The notes under the pieces: model-generated
The model's database searches: none
Seen by the model: only the letters and a program-made list of their open reading frames with translations
What the model was told of the DNA's origin: nothing
Shown: piece after piece, positions 51,853 through 62,890 of the stretch
How the letters are laid out: every line of letters starts with the position of its first letter
Position numbering within the stretch: the stretch's first letter is position 1
Position numbers and translations under genes: made by a program
From: Nitrosopumilus sp.
GTDB taxonomy: Archaea > Thermoproteota > Nitrososphaeria > Nitrososphaerales > Nitrosopumilaceae
NCBI GenBank assembly: GCA_965214775.1
Contig: OZ243974.1
Location: 832,001 to 896,000 of the forward strand
Direction: 5' to 3'
Length of the DNA: 64,000 bases

Positions 51853-52553
51853 ATGGCATCGCTTCCACGAAAATCCAACATCAAACGGGGCAGCCGTGTC
51901 TCCATTGAGACCAAGGCAGATCAGGGAACCGGCAGGTTCACAGAGGGGACGGTTGACGAAATACTGACCTCTTCCGAGTCCCATCCGCATGGGATAAAGG
52001 TCAGGCTGCACGACGGTCAGATCGGGCGGGTCAAAAAGGCCATCCTAGCTCGTGTCCCGACGGACTCGGCGGATCCGGGAAAAAAGACGGCATCCGGGAA
52101 GACCATGATCCAGAACGGATTTGCTGATCTGGACAAAATGGAGATTCCTGCAGTCGAGGATGCGCAAAACGAGTTCAAGGAGTTTTACCAGTTTGATTCA
52201 AATCTTGTAGATGTGGAGGACAGGCAAGCGCGAGAGGGTGCAAAGAAAAAGACCCGTGAGAGGTTTGCCATCGCCGTGTGCTCCTTTGGAAACTCGCGTG
52301 AAGGCGGATTCGTATACTTGGGAATAAACTCGGACGGCCGGGTTGTGGGTCTTGAGCGTGATCTTAAACTAGGAGGGTTTTCTGACTATGAGGACTCGTT
52401 TGCAAACAACATTAGGAATGCCCTGGGCGACATGATACGTGACAAGGCATTCATAATAGACAATCTGAAGATAAAGTTCAGGACGGTTGTGGGAAAGACC
52501 ATCTGCCTAGTTCAGATACTTCCCTCCGATCGACCTGTCTATCTGCATTCCCA
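51853..52553 (+). pseudogene. YwbE (DUF2196)-Schlafen/AlbA_2 fusion, 3'-truncated by IS630
   Basis: DQGTGRFTEGTVDEILTSSESHPHGIKVRL..GQIGRV, then E...EFKE, AVCSFGNSREGGFVYLGI..DG.VVGL. Confidence 0.82.
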
Positions 52554-53694
52554 TAGTCAACATATAAAAAAAAGAACAATTTTGACAACTATTTTTGATC
52601 CAAACATTAAGATCAGGCAAGGAATACGCATATGCATGGACAGACAGAGAAAGGAATTCGTAGCATCAGGAAGCAAATTCCTGCCAAATACGTCACGCTC
52701 CTACCTGCACAAGGCATACAAAAAGGAGACAGACAAGAGAAAGCGCGACAGGCTGCTTGCATACATGCAGCGCAAGGACGACCTCGGTGTGGAACAGATA
52801 GCAAAGAACCTCGACCGGGCACATTCCACCATATCCAAGTGGCTCATCCGCGCACAGGACGAGGGAATACGTGCAAGGCACGAGCGGCCAGGCAGGGGAC
52901 GCAAGCACAAGCTGAGTGAGTCGCAGCTGAAACAGCTTGCGGCGGATCTCAAGTCAGGATCCGAGGAGTGCGGTTTTGAGAGCAGCCTGTGGGACTCGGG
53001 CCTGATGAGACGGCACATCAAAAAGAAGTTCGGCATAGAATACAGCAAGAGCGGCACGCGGCTGCTGGCACGCGAGCTTGGGTTCTCATGGAGGAAGCCG
53101 AGGCCAAAGAACCCAAAGGCCGTCTCAAAACAAAAGCAGAACGAGTTCAAGGAGGCATCCCAAGAGCTGATACGGGAAAAGGAGGCGCAAGGGTATACGG
53201 TACTGGCAGAAGACGAGTCATCCATACAAAAGACCTCAAACAGCCCCAAACACGGGTGGCTCAGGCGCGGCATGAGCGTCACGGCGCCCTTGACGCTGTC
53301 ACGGCAGCGCCGGTACATGTTCGGCGTGCTGGCAGTTAACATATTCTACTATATGTTCTATGACAAGACCAACACCGACAGCTTTTGCGACTTTTTGGAA
53401 AAGGTGCACGAAAAGTACGGAAAGGTGTTGATATTCCTGGATAATGCGTCATACCACAAGTCTGTCGGCGTAAGAGAGATGCTGGAAAAGTACAAGGGCG
53501 AGATAATACTGAAGTACCTGCCGCCGCACACGCCGGAGCTCAATCCTGTAGAGATACAGTGGAGGGAGATAAAGCGGAGGCTGTCTGCCAAGATGTTTGA
53601 TACGCTTGATGAGATGGAGCAGTCCGTGCGGAAGATGTTTGCCAGTGGAGAGATCCTACCGGTAAAGATGTTCCGATATTTGATGGGCTGACTA
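52554..53694 (+). mobile_element. IS630-family element; transposase 52636-53691
   Basis: LGFSWRKPRP, DES, DNASYH, LPPHTPELNPVE; ends tagtca/tgacta. Confidence 0.92.
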
Positions 53695-53825
53695 CTGCAG
53701 CAGCAGCAGCAGCAACAACTGTCGTGTTCCATACTGTCGGGTCTTGTGTGGCAGTATGTCAAACCCCCCATGCACGAATTAACTACTGCAGCAGCAACAA
53801 CTGTCGTGTTCCATACTGTCGGGTC

Positions 53826-53988
53826 TAGTACGCCTTGCAAAGGCGTGAGTGCTTTGCTTGCCTAGGAATTTGTCCCTTGATGTTGCGAATTCTGCCTGTT
53901 TTCCCATGCATGTGCGATGGTTTGCCTGATCTTAATGTTTGGATCAAAAGCAGTTGTCAAAATTGTTCGTTTTTTTATGAATTAACTA
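53826..53988. mobile_element. IS630-derived MITE/remnant
   Basis: ~53921-53988 is an inverted copy of the IS630 left end (52554-52620). Confidence 0.7.
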
Positions 53989-54082
53989 TGGCCTCATACC
54001 AACAGTCTAAGGAAGCCTAGGTGGAATTAGGCGACAACCCCCCCTGCTGCCATAAAGTCTATTATGTCAAGATCCACTCTGA

Positions 54083-55300
54083 ATGTCATTGAGGGTGTGT
54101 CTTTTTGGCTCCTATACCAGATCAACTAACGGCATTCCGTCTGGCATCACCGGCGATCTGATAAAAGAGATCTGCAGGTCGCAGGGGTTTGAAACGGTGG
54201 AATGCCACGAGCACTGCAGTTCCTACGGCCAGCTCATCGGAGCGTACATCCGGCTGTTCCTAAAGCACCGAAGGATCGACTATGACGTGATGGTGATCCC
54301 GTGGAGGGGAATAGTCACGCTCCCGCTTGCCAAGCTGATTCACAAAAAGCCGATCGTGTATTTCCCTACGCTGCCGATCTACGAGACGCTGGTGACCGTC
54401 CGCAATAATATTCCCAAAAACTCGCTGAGGGCAAAATTCGTCCGATTTGTAGAAAGAATCTCCTGCAGGTGGGCGGATCTGGTGGTGACAGAAAGCACGT
54501 TTCAGATAGAATACTTTGTCAGGGAGTACGGCCTGCCGAGGGGGAAGTTCCGCCAGATGTGGCCTGCCGCATACGAGCCGCTCTTTGCGCCGATTCCGTT
54601 CAAGGAGAGGACAGACGAGTTCGTCGTGCTGTATTTTGGAACGTTCATTCCCACGTACGGCACCAGGGTCATAGTTGAGGCAGCCGACCGCCTGCGTGAC
54701 AAAAAGGACATGGTGTTTGTCTTCTGCGGCGGCGGCCAAGACGAGCCCAAAGTAAGGCGGTACGTCGAGGAAAATCGCCTGTCCAACGTAAGATTTCTGG
54801 GAATGCTTCCGGTTCTGTCATTTATACAGCAGATAAAGGACAGCGACGTGTGTCTGGGGCTGTTTGGCACAAGCGACAAGTGCAAGGGATCCATGCCAAA
54901 CAAGATCAACCAGATCCTGTCATCGGCCAAGCCGTTGATTACGATAAGCACGCCCACAACGCGCGAGGCAGGCCTGATCGACAAGGAAAACTGCATGCTG
55001 GTACAGTCCGACTCGTCCGAGGAGCTGGCCCAGTGCATCCTGCAGCTGAGGGACGACGACAATCTCCGGAGGCGCGTGGCCATGCAAGGACGGCAGCATT
55101 ATCTTGAAAGGCTATCGATTGATCGGTCGGGCAGGCAGCTGGGCCGGTACATATCGGACATATGCGGTAGTGGATGGAATCCAGACTGCCCGGAAAGCGG
55201 TGCCCGTGCGCAGCACACCTCCCGCACCGAACCCCCCCCCCCCAGATCATCCCGACTGACCGGAACCGTGAGGCGGTGCCTGCCGATGATCGAGATGTAG
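54083..55300 (+). CDS. GT4-family glycosyltransferase
   Basis: VLYFGTFIPTYG, NVRFLG, SDVCLGLFG...PNKI. Confidence 0.88.
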   Translation: MSLRVCLFGSYTRSTNGIPSGITGDLIKEICRSQGFETVECHEHCSSYGQLIGAYIRLFLKHRRIDYDVMVIPWRGIVTLPLAKLIHKKPIVYFPTLPIYETLVTVRNNIPKNSLRAKFVRFVERISCRWADLVVTESTFQIEYFVREYGLPRGKFRQMWPAAYEPLFAPIPFKERTDEFVVLYFGTFIPTYGTRVIVEAADRLRDKKDMVFVFCGGGQDEPKVRRYVEENRLSNVRFLGMLPVLSFIQQIKDSDVCLGLFGTSDKCKGSMPNKINQILSSAKPLITISTPTTREAGLIDKENCMLVQSDSSEELAQCILQLRDDDNLRRRVAMQGRQHYLERLSIDRSGRQLGRYISDICGSGWNPDCPESGARAQHTSRTEPPPPRSSRLTGTVRRCLPMIEM

Positions 55301-55734
55301 TGCATACAGCTGAAAATCGATTGTTTTTTTAACGAAAATGTGGCATGTGGTCACCTACCCCTATCAATCAGGCATGAATGGGCAGGTACAATTATGATTT
55401 TCGTGCCTAGCTAGCAGGGGGACGTGACCTCATACGTTCCTGAGAGGGATCCGGATGGCGTGGAATGGAGGGAGAGTATCCTCCTGGGACGCAGCCAACT
55501 GTCAAGACATACGAGATCACGTTCAATGACAGGGACGCGACAATAGTGTTCAGGAGGATCGATCCCGGGGACGGCGCCAGTCAGGCAGTGTCCTCGCTAT
55601 CCGGACGTGAAGATCACAGTCACATGTGAGTTTCTGCTTGAGGTCAAAGACGGGTGACTCTGCGGTCAAGTAGGCGGATTTCACTGCTTGGGGGATTTCG
55701 AAGCCATCAATGCTGTGAAACCGATGCCAATGAC

Positions 55735-55852
55735 GTAACAGGATAGCCCCTGCCTAGGCAGCAATCAGGCATGAATCTGCCTGCAGTTGCGATTTTCATG
55801 CCTGCCCGGTAATGGACGTGACTCCAACTCTAGGCAGGGGCTATCCTGTTAC
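55735..55852. mobile_element. 118-bp element with 23-bp perfect TIR
   Basis: gtaacaggatagcccctgcctag...ctaggcaggggctatcctgttac; interior resembles ~55362-55428; similar end near 61330. Confidence 0.7.
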
Positions 55853-55932
55853 AAAAAATCTTATGCAAGTAACATCAAAAATTTCTTGCAAATTTGTTTC
55901 TAAATATAGAAAACAAGCAGTGATGAATTGCT

Positions 55933-57084
55933 TGTATAGTCCAAAAAGTAGTTCACCCCTTCTCCGAGTGTGTAAAGTCGGTCAGGAGCAGATGTGCAAG
56001 CCTGACCCACACTGGAAGTACAGGTGTGTGGGTCTGGCGACGAAAGCTCCGTAAATACGTGAGTCTTGAGCACCCAAACGGCATGAAGCTAGAGAAAAGC
56101 CAAGTACAATGGATAGTGCAGGAAAAGAAAAAGGGCGAGCTTACCAACGCCCAGATAGCCGGAACCATGGACGTGACGGTACGGTGGGTCCAGAAGCTGT
56201 GGGCCAGGCACAAAGGCTGCCCTGCGGCAAGCGAAATATCGCATCCTGCGCCAATGGGGAGGCTCCAGAACGGTCTGCCCGGACGCAGGGAGCACTCTGC
56301 AGTCATGTCTGCCAGACATGCAGAGCACATGGGGGCTGCCGGACTGCAGCAGCGCATAGCGAATCAGACCGGAATCCATATCCCGCACGGCATCATACAC
56401 AAGATACTGAGGGACGAGGAGATGGCAGAGGCGCAGCCCAGCAAGGGTACAAGGTACAGGTGGGTCCGCTACGAGCGCGATCACTCAAACTCACTGTGGC
56501 ATACGGACTGGAAGCAGATCCACGGCGGAATGCACGACGGCAGATGGTTCCTGTGCTACGAGGACGATGCCTCCAGGTTTGTGACCGGATATGGCATCTT
56601 TGATAATGCCACGACCAAAAACGCCCTGGCAGTGCTTGAGACGGCAATAGAAAAGCACGGCAAGCCGGCCTCGATCATGACAGACCACGGCAGCCAGTTC
56701 TATGCCAACGAGAAAGAGACGGCAAAAAAGAGGGGCGAAGGCGAGTTTGAAAAGAAACTGACAGAACTGGGAATACGGCAGATCCTGGCAGGCGTGGGAC
56801 GACCCCAGACCAACGGAAAGGTCGAGCGCCTCCACGGGGAGATCCAGCGCAAGCTGCACGAGTTCGAGGAGATCATGATGAGAAAAAGCGACCCGATAGA
56901 CCTGTTCATGCAGTGGTACAATCATGACAGGCCCCACAGGTCGCTGGACTGGGACAATCAGGAGACGCCCGCACAGGCATTTCTCAGAAAGATGCCCAAG
57001 GAGGGGGAAACCGTTATTGACGGGCAGACAGGAGAGGAGTATGATGTCAAATAAGGGGGGGCGAACTACTTTCTGGATCCCACA
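55933..57084 (+). mobile_element. IS481-family element; transposase 56083-57054
   Basis: TGT...ACA ends; WHTD, TDHGSQF, PQTNGKVER, YN.DRPH; 15-bp duplication cagtgatgaattgct. Confidence 0.93.
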
Positions 57085-57229
57085 CAGTGATGAATTGCTG
57101 AAAACATTAAAGAGCAAAAACAGACCCGGTCAATTTACTGCTTGTGCCTGCGATGCGCTCTTGATTAACGAGATGAGGGCTTTTTCCATAGCAACAGACT
57201 GGTGGTGCCATGAGAAACACCCGCAAAAA

Positions 57230-57769
57230 TCATTTTTGCTGTTTTTTCCAAGAATCATTTTTTGACTCCTGCCTTAGCAACTGCCGTTTCCGTCTTATTC
57301 CCCAGCGGTATCCTGCGATACCCCCGTCTTTTTTTACAACGCGATGGCATGGTATTGCAACAGCCAGTATGTTGGAACCGCACGCATTAGCTACTGCCCT
57401 GATAGAATTGGGAGATCCAATTCCTTTTGCAATGTCTGTGTAGCTTGAGGTAGAGCCCCTAGGAATTGCTTGGATGGTTTTCCAAACCTTTTCTTGAAAC
57501 TCAGTTCCCTGAATGTCCAAGGGAAGACTAAATTTGGAGGCAGGATTTTCAACAAACTGATTAGTTGCCTTTAATTCAGAATTCATATTTTTCGATTCAG
57601 TCAGATCTCGTTTGGGAAATGAATTTTTGAGTTCTTCAACCAGAATTTCTTTGCTGTCTCCAAGTAAAATGGAGCATATTCCGGATCTGCTTTTTGCAAC
57701 CAGGATTTTTCCATAGATACACGTGCCTATTACATAGGAAATTGGATGGTTTTGCCGGTCTTTAGACAA
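57230..57769 (-). CDS. ogt: methylated-DNA-protein-cysteine methyltransferase (Ada C-terminal-like)
   Basis: GTEFQEKVW, RAVANAC, IPCHRV. Confidence 0.93.
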   Translation of the reverse strand: MSKDRQNHPISYVIGTCIYGKILVAKSRSGICSILLGDSKEILVEELKNSFPKRDLTESKNMNSELKATNQFVENPASKFSLPLDIQGTEFQEKVWKTIQAIPRGSTSSYTDIAKGIGSPNSIRAVANACGSNILAVAIPCHRVVKKDGGIAGYRWGIRRKRQLLRQESKNDSWKKQQK

Positions 57770-57814
57770 TTCTGATTAAAAACATCACTGTCATCTTTGA
57801 TTTTAAGCAAAACT

Positions 57815-57836
57815 CACCATGGAGAGTACCATGGTG
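57815..57836. promoter_or_regulatory. palindrome between divergent genes (possible operator)
   Basis: caccatgg-agagta-ccatggtg. Confidence 0.4.
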
Positions 57837-57863
57837 CGCAAGGCATTTTTTAATATCTGACGT

Positions 57864-58208
57864 ATGGAAACTGTGCAAAAAATAATTTTAGAAGTAATCA
57901 ATGAAAGAAAAGTTTGGATGATAGTCTCCACAAGAGAAGAAGACTGTGAGGAAAACGAGCTTGAAATCATAAGGCCAATGATAGAAAAGCTGAATGAACA
58001 ATGGTATGAAAAGGGGAATATGGTCTGGATCGGAAGGCTAGACGATCAAAAGACAAGTATTGCAGTTTTTGAGGCAACAGAAGAAAAAGCAAACAATCTC
58101 TTTGAGCAATATGCAGCAGTTTGTGGAAAAGCATTAAACGTAAAACTCCATCAATGGGATGCATTTCCGTTGTTTTCTGTTTTTGAAAGGCTGCAAGGGA
58201 GACTGTAA
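57864..58208 (+). CDS. hypothetical protein (possibly YCII-like)
   Basis: ...GNMVWIG...SIAVFEATEEKA...LHQW pattern. Confidence 0.55.
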   Translation: METVQKIILEVINERKVWMIVSTREEDCEENELEIIRPMIEKLNEQWYEKGNMVWIGRLDDQKTSIAVFEATEEKANNLFEQYAAVCGKALNVKLHQWDAFPLFSVFERLQGRL

Positions 58209-58473
58209 TTTTTAAAAGAAATCATGGTGCCTGCAATGGTATGCTGCCGCAGGAATTTTTGTAGGATATGTGATACGCGAGGCGGCCATAAAGAACGGCC
58301 AGACCCCGCTGATTGCATTCGGCGATAAAAAGGCCACAGATGCGATCAGGAAAAGCGACCCGAAATGGGTGGAGAGGGAGACATCGATGACTAGGCAAAA
58401 TAATTTCGGTATAATACAGAACTTGGTACTCGATAATGCTAATTTTATATATGCTATGCCATTCAACTGCCTT

Positions 58474-59886
58474 ATGAATAGGCGTGTTAGCGTTCTCTTT
58501 ACAATTGCAGCAGTAGCTGTAATGGGCGCAACCTTATTCGGAAGCACATACACACAAACCCAGATTGCTGGACAATCACTTGATATCAACGAAATGGATG
58601 TCGATGTAATTGAGAAAATCCATCAAATGGGCGGTTTACAACTTGTAATGCCTCAAGCATTCGCAGAAACTGACTGTGGTGTACTGGAAAATTCTGGACG
58701 CAACGTAGTTGAGTTCAATTTGGATGGTTACAGTGTTGAGCTCCCAATCATGGGCGGTAAGACATTCAACGCCATGACTTTTGATGGACAGGTCCCAGGA
58801 CCGACACTAAGAGTCACACAAGGTGACGTTGTAAAAATGACCCTCACAATTCCAGACTGGGAAGTTACTGGACACGGTAACGACATGCACGCATCACAAA
58901 CGTCATCAGCAAGCTTTGAATCAGTTAATCCTGGTGAAACAAGTCAGTACTGTTACATCGCCGAATCAGCTGGTGTGTTCAAATACCATTGTTCTGGTGT
59001 CAAACTAATTGGCATGGACCAACACGTACTTTCCGGCATGTACGGAATTGCAATCGTTGATCCTGCAAATGGATACAAGAAACTCATGGTAGAGAAGACC
59101 AGCGGTAGCGGTGAACTTGACAGAAAATTCTATGATGCAGATGCATTAGAGTTCCAACTCCAATACAGCCAATTGTATCTGACACCTGAGGGCAACTATG
59201 ATGCAGTAGCAATGCACAAGCATCAAAACACTGCAACAGTTGTCAACGGAATGCAATTCGGTTACGTGCCAAACATGGCTCATAACTTACTCGTCAAGGG
59301 CGATGTAAACAAGAACATCTTTGTTGCACAACCATGGAATGGAATCGAACACAAGCAGTACCAGTCACAACTCTTATTTGTTGAAACTGATCAGCACGTA
59401 AGACTCTTTATTGAAAACCAGGGCAACGAACCAGTATTCTTCCACATTGTAGGAGAAATCCTGGATAGAGTTGTTCAAGGCAACAGAGTACAATCTGCAG
59501 CAACTGAGACATGGTTACTCGGCGGCTCACAAAACATGATTGTAGACGTGGTATTTGATGAACCAGGTACGTATGCAGCAATAAACCATGATTATGCGGC
59601 AATTTACAGTGGTGCAGCTACGGTCTTTGTAGCAGGTGATCCATTCGGCCTGAACCCGGTTCTAGTCGAGAAAGGAGTCATTCCGGCACCGGTGGCATCA
59701 TATGCATACGCATTAGGCAACCCAAGCAGCGCTGTCCCGCCAATGGGAATGAACAGCATTGCTCATCCTGCAATCAACATTCATGGTCTGATGACTGATG
59801 AAGTAGCTTCTGAAATGCAAGCAAGTGGCGATTATATCGCATTATGGGAAGTAATTCCCGTAGTGGCAGAAATCCTTACTTCTTGA
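58474..59886 (+). CDS. nirK: copper-containing nitrite reductase, AOA type
   Basis: VPGPTLRV, HGNDMH, KYHC...DQHVLSGM, FHIVGE, NHD. Confidence 0.92.
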   Translation: MNRRVSVLFTIAAVAVMGATLFGSTYTQTQIAGQSLDINEMDVDVIEKIHQMGGLQLVMPQAFAETDCGVLENSGRNVVEFNLDGYSVELPIMGGKTFNAMTFDGQVPGPTLRVTQGDVVKMTLTIPDWEVTGHGNDMHASQTSSASFESVNPGETSQYCYIAESAGVFKYHCSGVKLIGMDQHVLSGMYGIAIVDPANGYKKLMVEKTSGSGELDRKFYDADALEFQLQYSQLYLTPEGNYDAVAMHKHQNTATVVNGMQFGYVPNMAHNLLVKGDVNKNIFVAQPWNGIEHKQYQSQLLFVETDQHVRLFIENQGNEPVFFHIVGEILDRVVQGNRVQSAATETWLLGGSQNMIVDVVFDEPGTYAAINHDYAAIYSGAATVFVAGDPFGLNPVLVEKGVIPAPVASYAYALGNPSSAVPPMGMNSIAHPAINIHGLMTDEVASEMQASGDYIALWEVIPVVAEILTS

Positions 59887-60272
59887 TCACTAACATCTTT
59901 TTCTTTTTATTTTTCTTTTGGAACACTCTTCCAGGCGTGATCCGCAATGATCAAGCCCATGGCTGGATCCTGCCTTGTAAAATGGCCGCATCGCGCATGC
60001 CCCATGGGCCTTGCATGGATCCTGTACGGCATGAGGTTGCCGTAGCTATGCCAGTCCTCCGTCAAGGGAGGCATGGCATGGCCTGTATTCTTTCCCATAT
60101 ATCCGCGCATGATGTGAGGACATTCGCCGCCGGATCATCCTTGCCTTGCCGGTCACGGACTTATGGCGCATGCCCGGTAGCTGTCGGGCCAGGCGGCTTT
60201 TGGCGCCCCGGTTCCGGAAAAAAAGAGGCATGCCGCAAGCCGATATCAATTGTTATATGACGAAGGCGTGCA

Positions 60273-60863
60273 GTGACGGGGGAGAATATGAACGGCAAAA
60301 CAACATTCGTAATGCCTCCCTCGGTACCGGCGCTGCTGGCTCCTGTGGGAATGACAGATGCGGCGGCACAAGAAGCCCCGGGAGGCATTGAAGACGACAC
60401 GCAAAAAATCACGGTAAACGAACTAGAAACCGACACCGATGAGCAAATTCACGATATCCCAGATGGTTTTGAATCAGGAGAGTTCAGAAAGCTATTTTCT
60501 GACAGCGATGGAGGCAGTGTTGGAACGACGCCAAGTGTGATGCCAGACACATTACGTGGCAAAATCACACCTGTACATCATGGCCCATGGCCTGTCCGGT
60601 GCGGTGGCAGTTTCTTGGACCCGCACATGCCAGACCCGACGCCGACTACCTGTGATGCGGGAATCACACCAAGCGGCACCCGGCAGATCCTGAGAAATGA
60701 CGGATATCATATGACTGCCGAATATGCATCCTGGATTGGCGCAGCATCGCAACCGTATGATTCCACAAAAATCGTTCCAAGCAGCAACTGTGGGGGGCTG
60801 TGCGATGCCGGGGCATTCCGTGATCATGCCGGAATAAACAACGATTTTTCACACACCGTATAA
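60273..60863 (+). CDS. hypothetical, possibly degenerate exported protein
   Basis: Signal-like N-terminus; no family recognised. Confidence 0.3.
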   Translation: MTGENMNGKTTFVMPPSVPALLAPVGMTDAAAQEAPGGIEDDTQKITVNELETDTDEQIHDIPDGFESGEFRKLFSDSDGGSVGTTPSVMPDTLRGKITPVHHGPWPVRCGGSFLDPHMPDPTPTTCDAGITPSGTRQILRNDGYHMTAEYASWIGAASQPYDSTKIVPSSNCGGLCDAGAFRDHAGINNDFSHTV

Positions 60864-61348
60864 AACGAAGAGCCAAATCCAGAGACATTGTCGTATGTAT
60901 GGCCGTACTCTCACCGGGGAGTTTGCGCATATCGGTGGCATGTCACTTGGCCCCACTTTTTTCTAATTCTGGGGGCTACGCTGGGCTTTCTTTTTGGAGC
61001 ATCTTTTGGCATGATGATACTCAATCTCTTAATTTATGACCATCTTGGAGGGCCGTGCATATGGCCGCTCTCCGATGCAGTCGGCATCGGCGGGATAGAC
61101 ATCTCAACATTGGAATGGAGCGAGCGCCTGCAATGCTATCTTAATCCCTACAGGGAACCCTGGTGGAATTAGACCAGCAGGCAGTTGTCGCACGGAGTGA
61201 CCGCGGAGTTGGGAAGTTGTCCGGAGATGACGCATTGGCATCTGGCATTGGCCTCACAGCCCGATGCCTGACGCAAGACATGACATCGGACTGCAATCGA
61301 TCAGATCCTGCCTGTCTGACTTGTGATGGGATGGCCCCTGCCTAGGTT

Positions 61349-61469
61349 CAGTCTTCCCAAAAGTACCGCATCAAATCATCCCAGGCTTAAAACAATTCAG
61401 ATGAGGATGCCTGCAGATCCGCATGTCACCTACTGCACTGCCGTGAGTCGGTTACTTTTGGGAAGACTG
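61349..61469. mobile_element. 121-bp ISH3-related MITE
   Basis: cagtcttcccaaaagta...tacttttgggaagactg. Confidence 0.85.
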
Positions 61470-61516
61470 AGGATACGGATAAGATTTCGTACAGCGTCTA
61501 CTGACTGTTGAAACCG

Positions 61517-61538
61517 GATCTGCCAATTTAGGCAGATC
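61517..61538. terminator. hairpin at the 3' end of the 61537-62025 gene
   Basis: gatctgcc-aattta-ggcagatc. Confidence 0.35.
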
Positions 61539-62025
61539 ATGTACCTTGCTGTGGTTTATTGTCTTTTATTGATATGGCCAGACCGTTTGGAACACTATAG
61601 AACGGACTACCGTTTTGATCATAGGCATTATCAAATCTAATTATTTCATCGATGGTTAGTTTAACTTTTACTTCTTGCCCTGTTCGTAAAATTCTATAGA
61701 TGTTCCAAGGTTCGTGATTCTTATCTATGTGTACCTTGTATTTATTGTGAGATTTTTGTTTTTCTACATCATTAAGTAATTCTAGGCTAGGGGTTCCTCG
61801 TAAATGAGGTGGAGCATAAACAGACCATTTCGGCAAAGTTATGTCAAAACTCACTTTTTTAGGATTGTTAGGATCTCGCATTATTTTTGCCAGAAAAATT
61901 CTACCTTTGACTCGCACACCATCATCTAGCTCATACTCATTCCAGTCCTCCTCTTCAACTTTGAACTCCATTTCTTCATAATCACTTGGCAATGGGGAAG
62001 GGTTGTCAGGATTAGACTGCGACAT
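61537..62025 (-). CDS. hypothetical protein with internally duplicated E-x-W-N-x-Y domain
   Basis: EEDWNEYELDDGVRVK... and HEPWNIYRILRTGQEVK... Confidence 0.75.
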   Translation of the reverse strand: MSQSNPDNPSPLPSDYEEMEFKVEEEDWNEYELDDGVRVKGRIFLAKIMRDPNNPKKVSFDITLPKWSVYAPPHLRGTPSLELLNDVEKQKSHNKYKVHIDKNHEPWNIYRILRTGQEVKVKLTIDEIIRFDNAYDQNGSPFYSVPNGLAISIKDNKPQQGT

Positions 62026-62035
62026 TAAAAATAAC

Positions 62036-62236
62036 CTAAGTAGTATTAATCAAGTTTAGCTTTAAAATGTTTCCGTCGCTTGTAGACGCAGATGTATCTG
62101 ATTCTGTAACTATCGATACTGTTGAGGATTCTATTTGCGTAGTTTCTTCAGAAGTTTGTTTTTGAGTTTTGTCTATTATGTGCGTTTTTACATCATACGT
62201 CTGATCATTTGATCTACTTACGCTAATTTTTTGCAT
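62036..62236 (-). CDS. small S/T-rich hypothetical protein
   Basis: 66-aa ORF, co-oriented just upstream of the previous gene. Confidence 0.45.
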   Translation of the reverse strand: MQKISVSRSNDQTYDVKTHIIDKTQKQTSEETTQIESSTVSIVTESDTSASTSDGNILKLNLINTT

Positions 62237-62285
62237 GTATAATGTACATGAAAATTTAATTAAAAACCTATCGGTCTATCTGGGG

Positions 62286-62376
62286 GTAAGATCTTGCCCC
62301 TCCCCTGAGATACGGCGTGCTAGGCGTGATCATGAAGGCTCCGACCGGCAGTGCCGCCTGAGGGGTAAACTCATAC
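62286..62376. mobile_element. 91-bp IS66-related MITE
   Basis: gtaaga...ctcatac; 9-bp duplication tatctgggg; inverted homolog of 3033-3123. Confidence 0.88.
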
Positions 62377-62782
62377 TATCTGGGGTGTATGAGTTTACCC
62401 CTCAGGCGACGTTTCCAGTCAGGGTCTTGGCGACCATTTCACTCACGTTACACCCTTGGGCGCGCCAGTTCATCGTGCATGTCATCAGCACGGTGAACAT
62501 CTCCATGCCCTCCATGGTACGGAGTCCCTGGAATATCTTGCGCGCAATTACAGACGGCCTCAGCATGCGCTCGGCCAGGTTGTTGGTGGGCTCCATGCCC
62601 GGATACAGCACGAACGTGTACAGGTATTCTGAAGCGTTCCCAAGCTTTGTGGCAAATCTCGCGCAACCTGCCTCCCTGAATGCCACGGCCAGCGCGCGTG
62701 TCTCGACTACCAACATGTCGTGCTGCTGCTGCCTGGTATCGTCCTCCTTCTCCTTCTCCTCCGGTGGTGGTGGCCCAGCCCC

Positions 62783-62890
62783 TTGGCAAAGAGGAACTTT
62801 TTCTTGAGTGTATCATACGGTAATGTTACACCAATCCCCCCGTCTGCAAGGGGGTTGGCAAAGAGGAACTTTTTCTTGAGTGTATCATAC
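62783..62890. repeat. 36-bp direct repeat around a 36-bp insert (period 72)
   Basis: ttggcaaagaggaactttttcttgagtgtatcatac at 62783 and 62855. Confidence 0.93.

Noticed and set aside
51847-53691. 614-aa YwbE-AlbA-transposase ORF as a domesticated fusion
   Set aside because: The IS630 end sequence lies inside the ORF at 52554 and the transposase has its own ATG; chance in-frame read-through is simpler.
58270-58473. N-terminal extension of NirK
   Set aside because: The signal/anchor sequence begins at ATG 58474, preceded by a TATA-like ttttatata.
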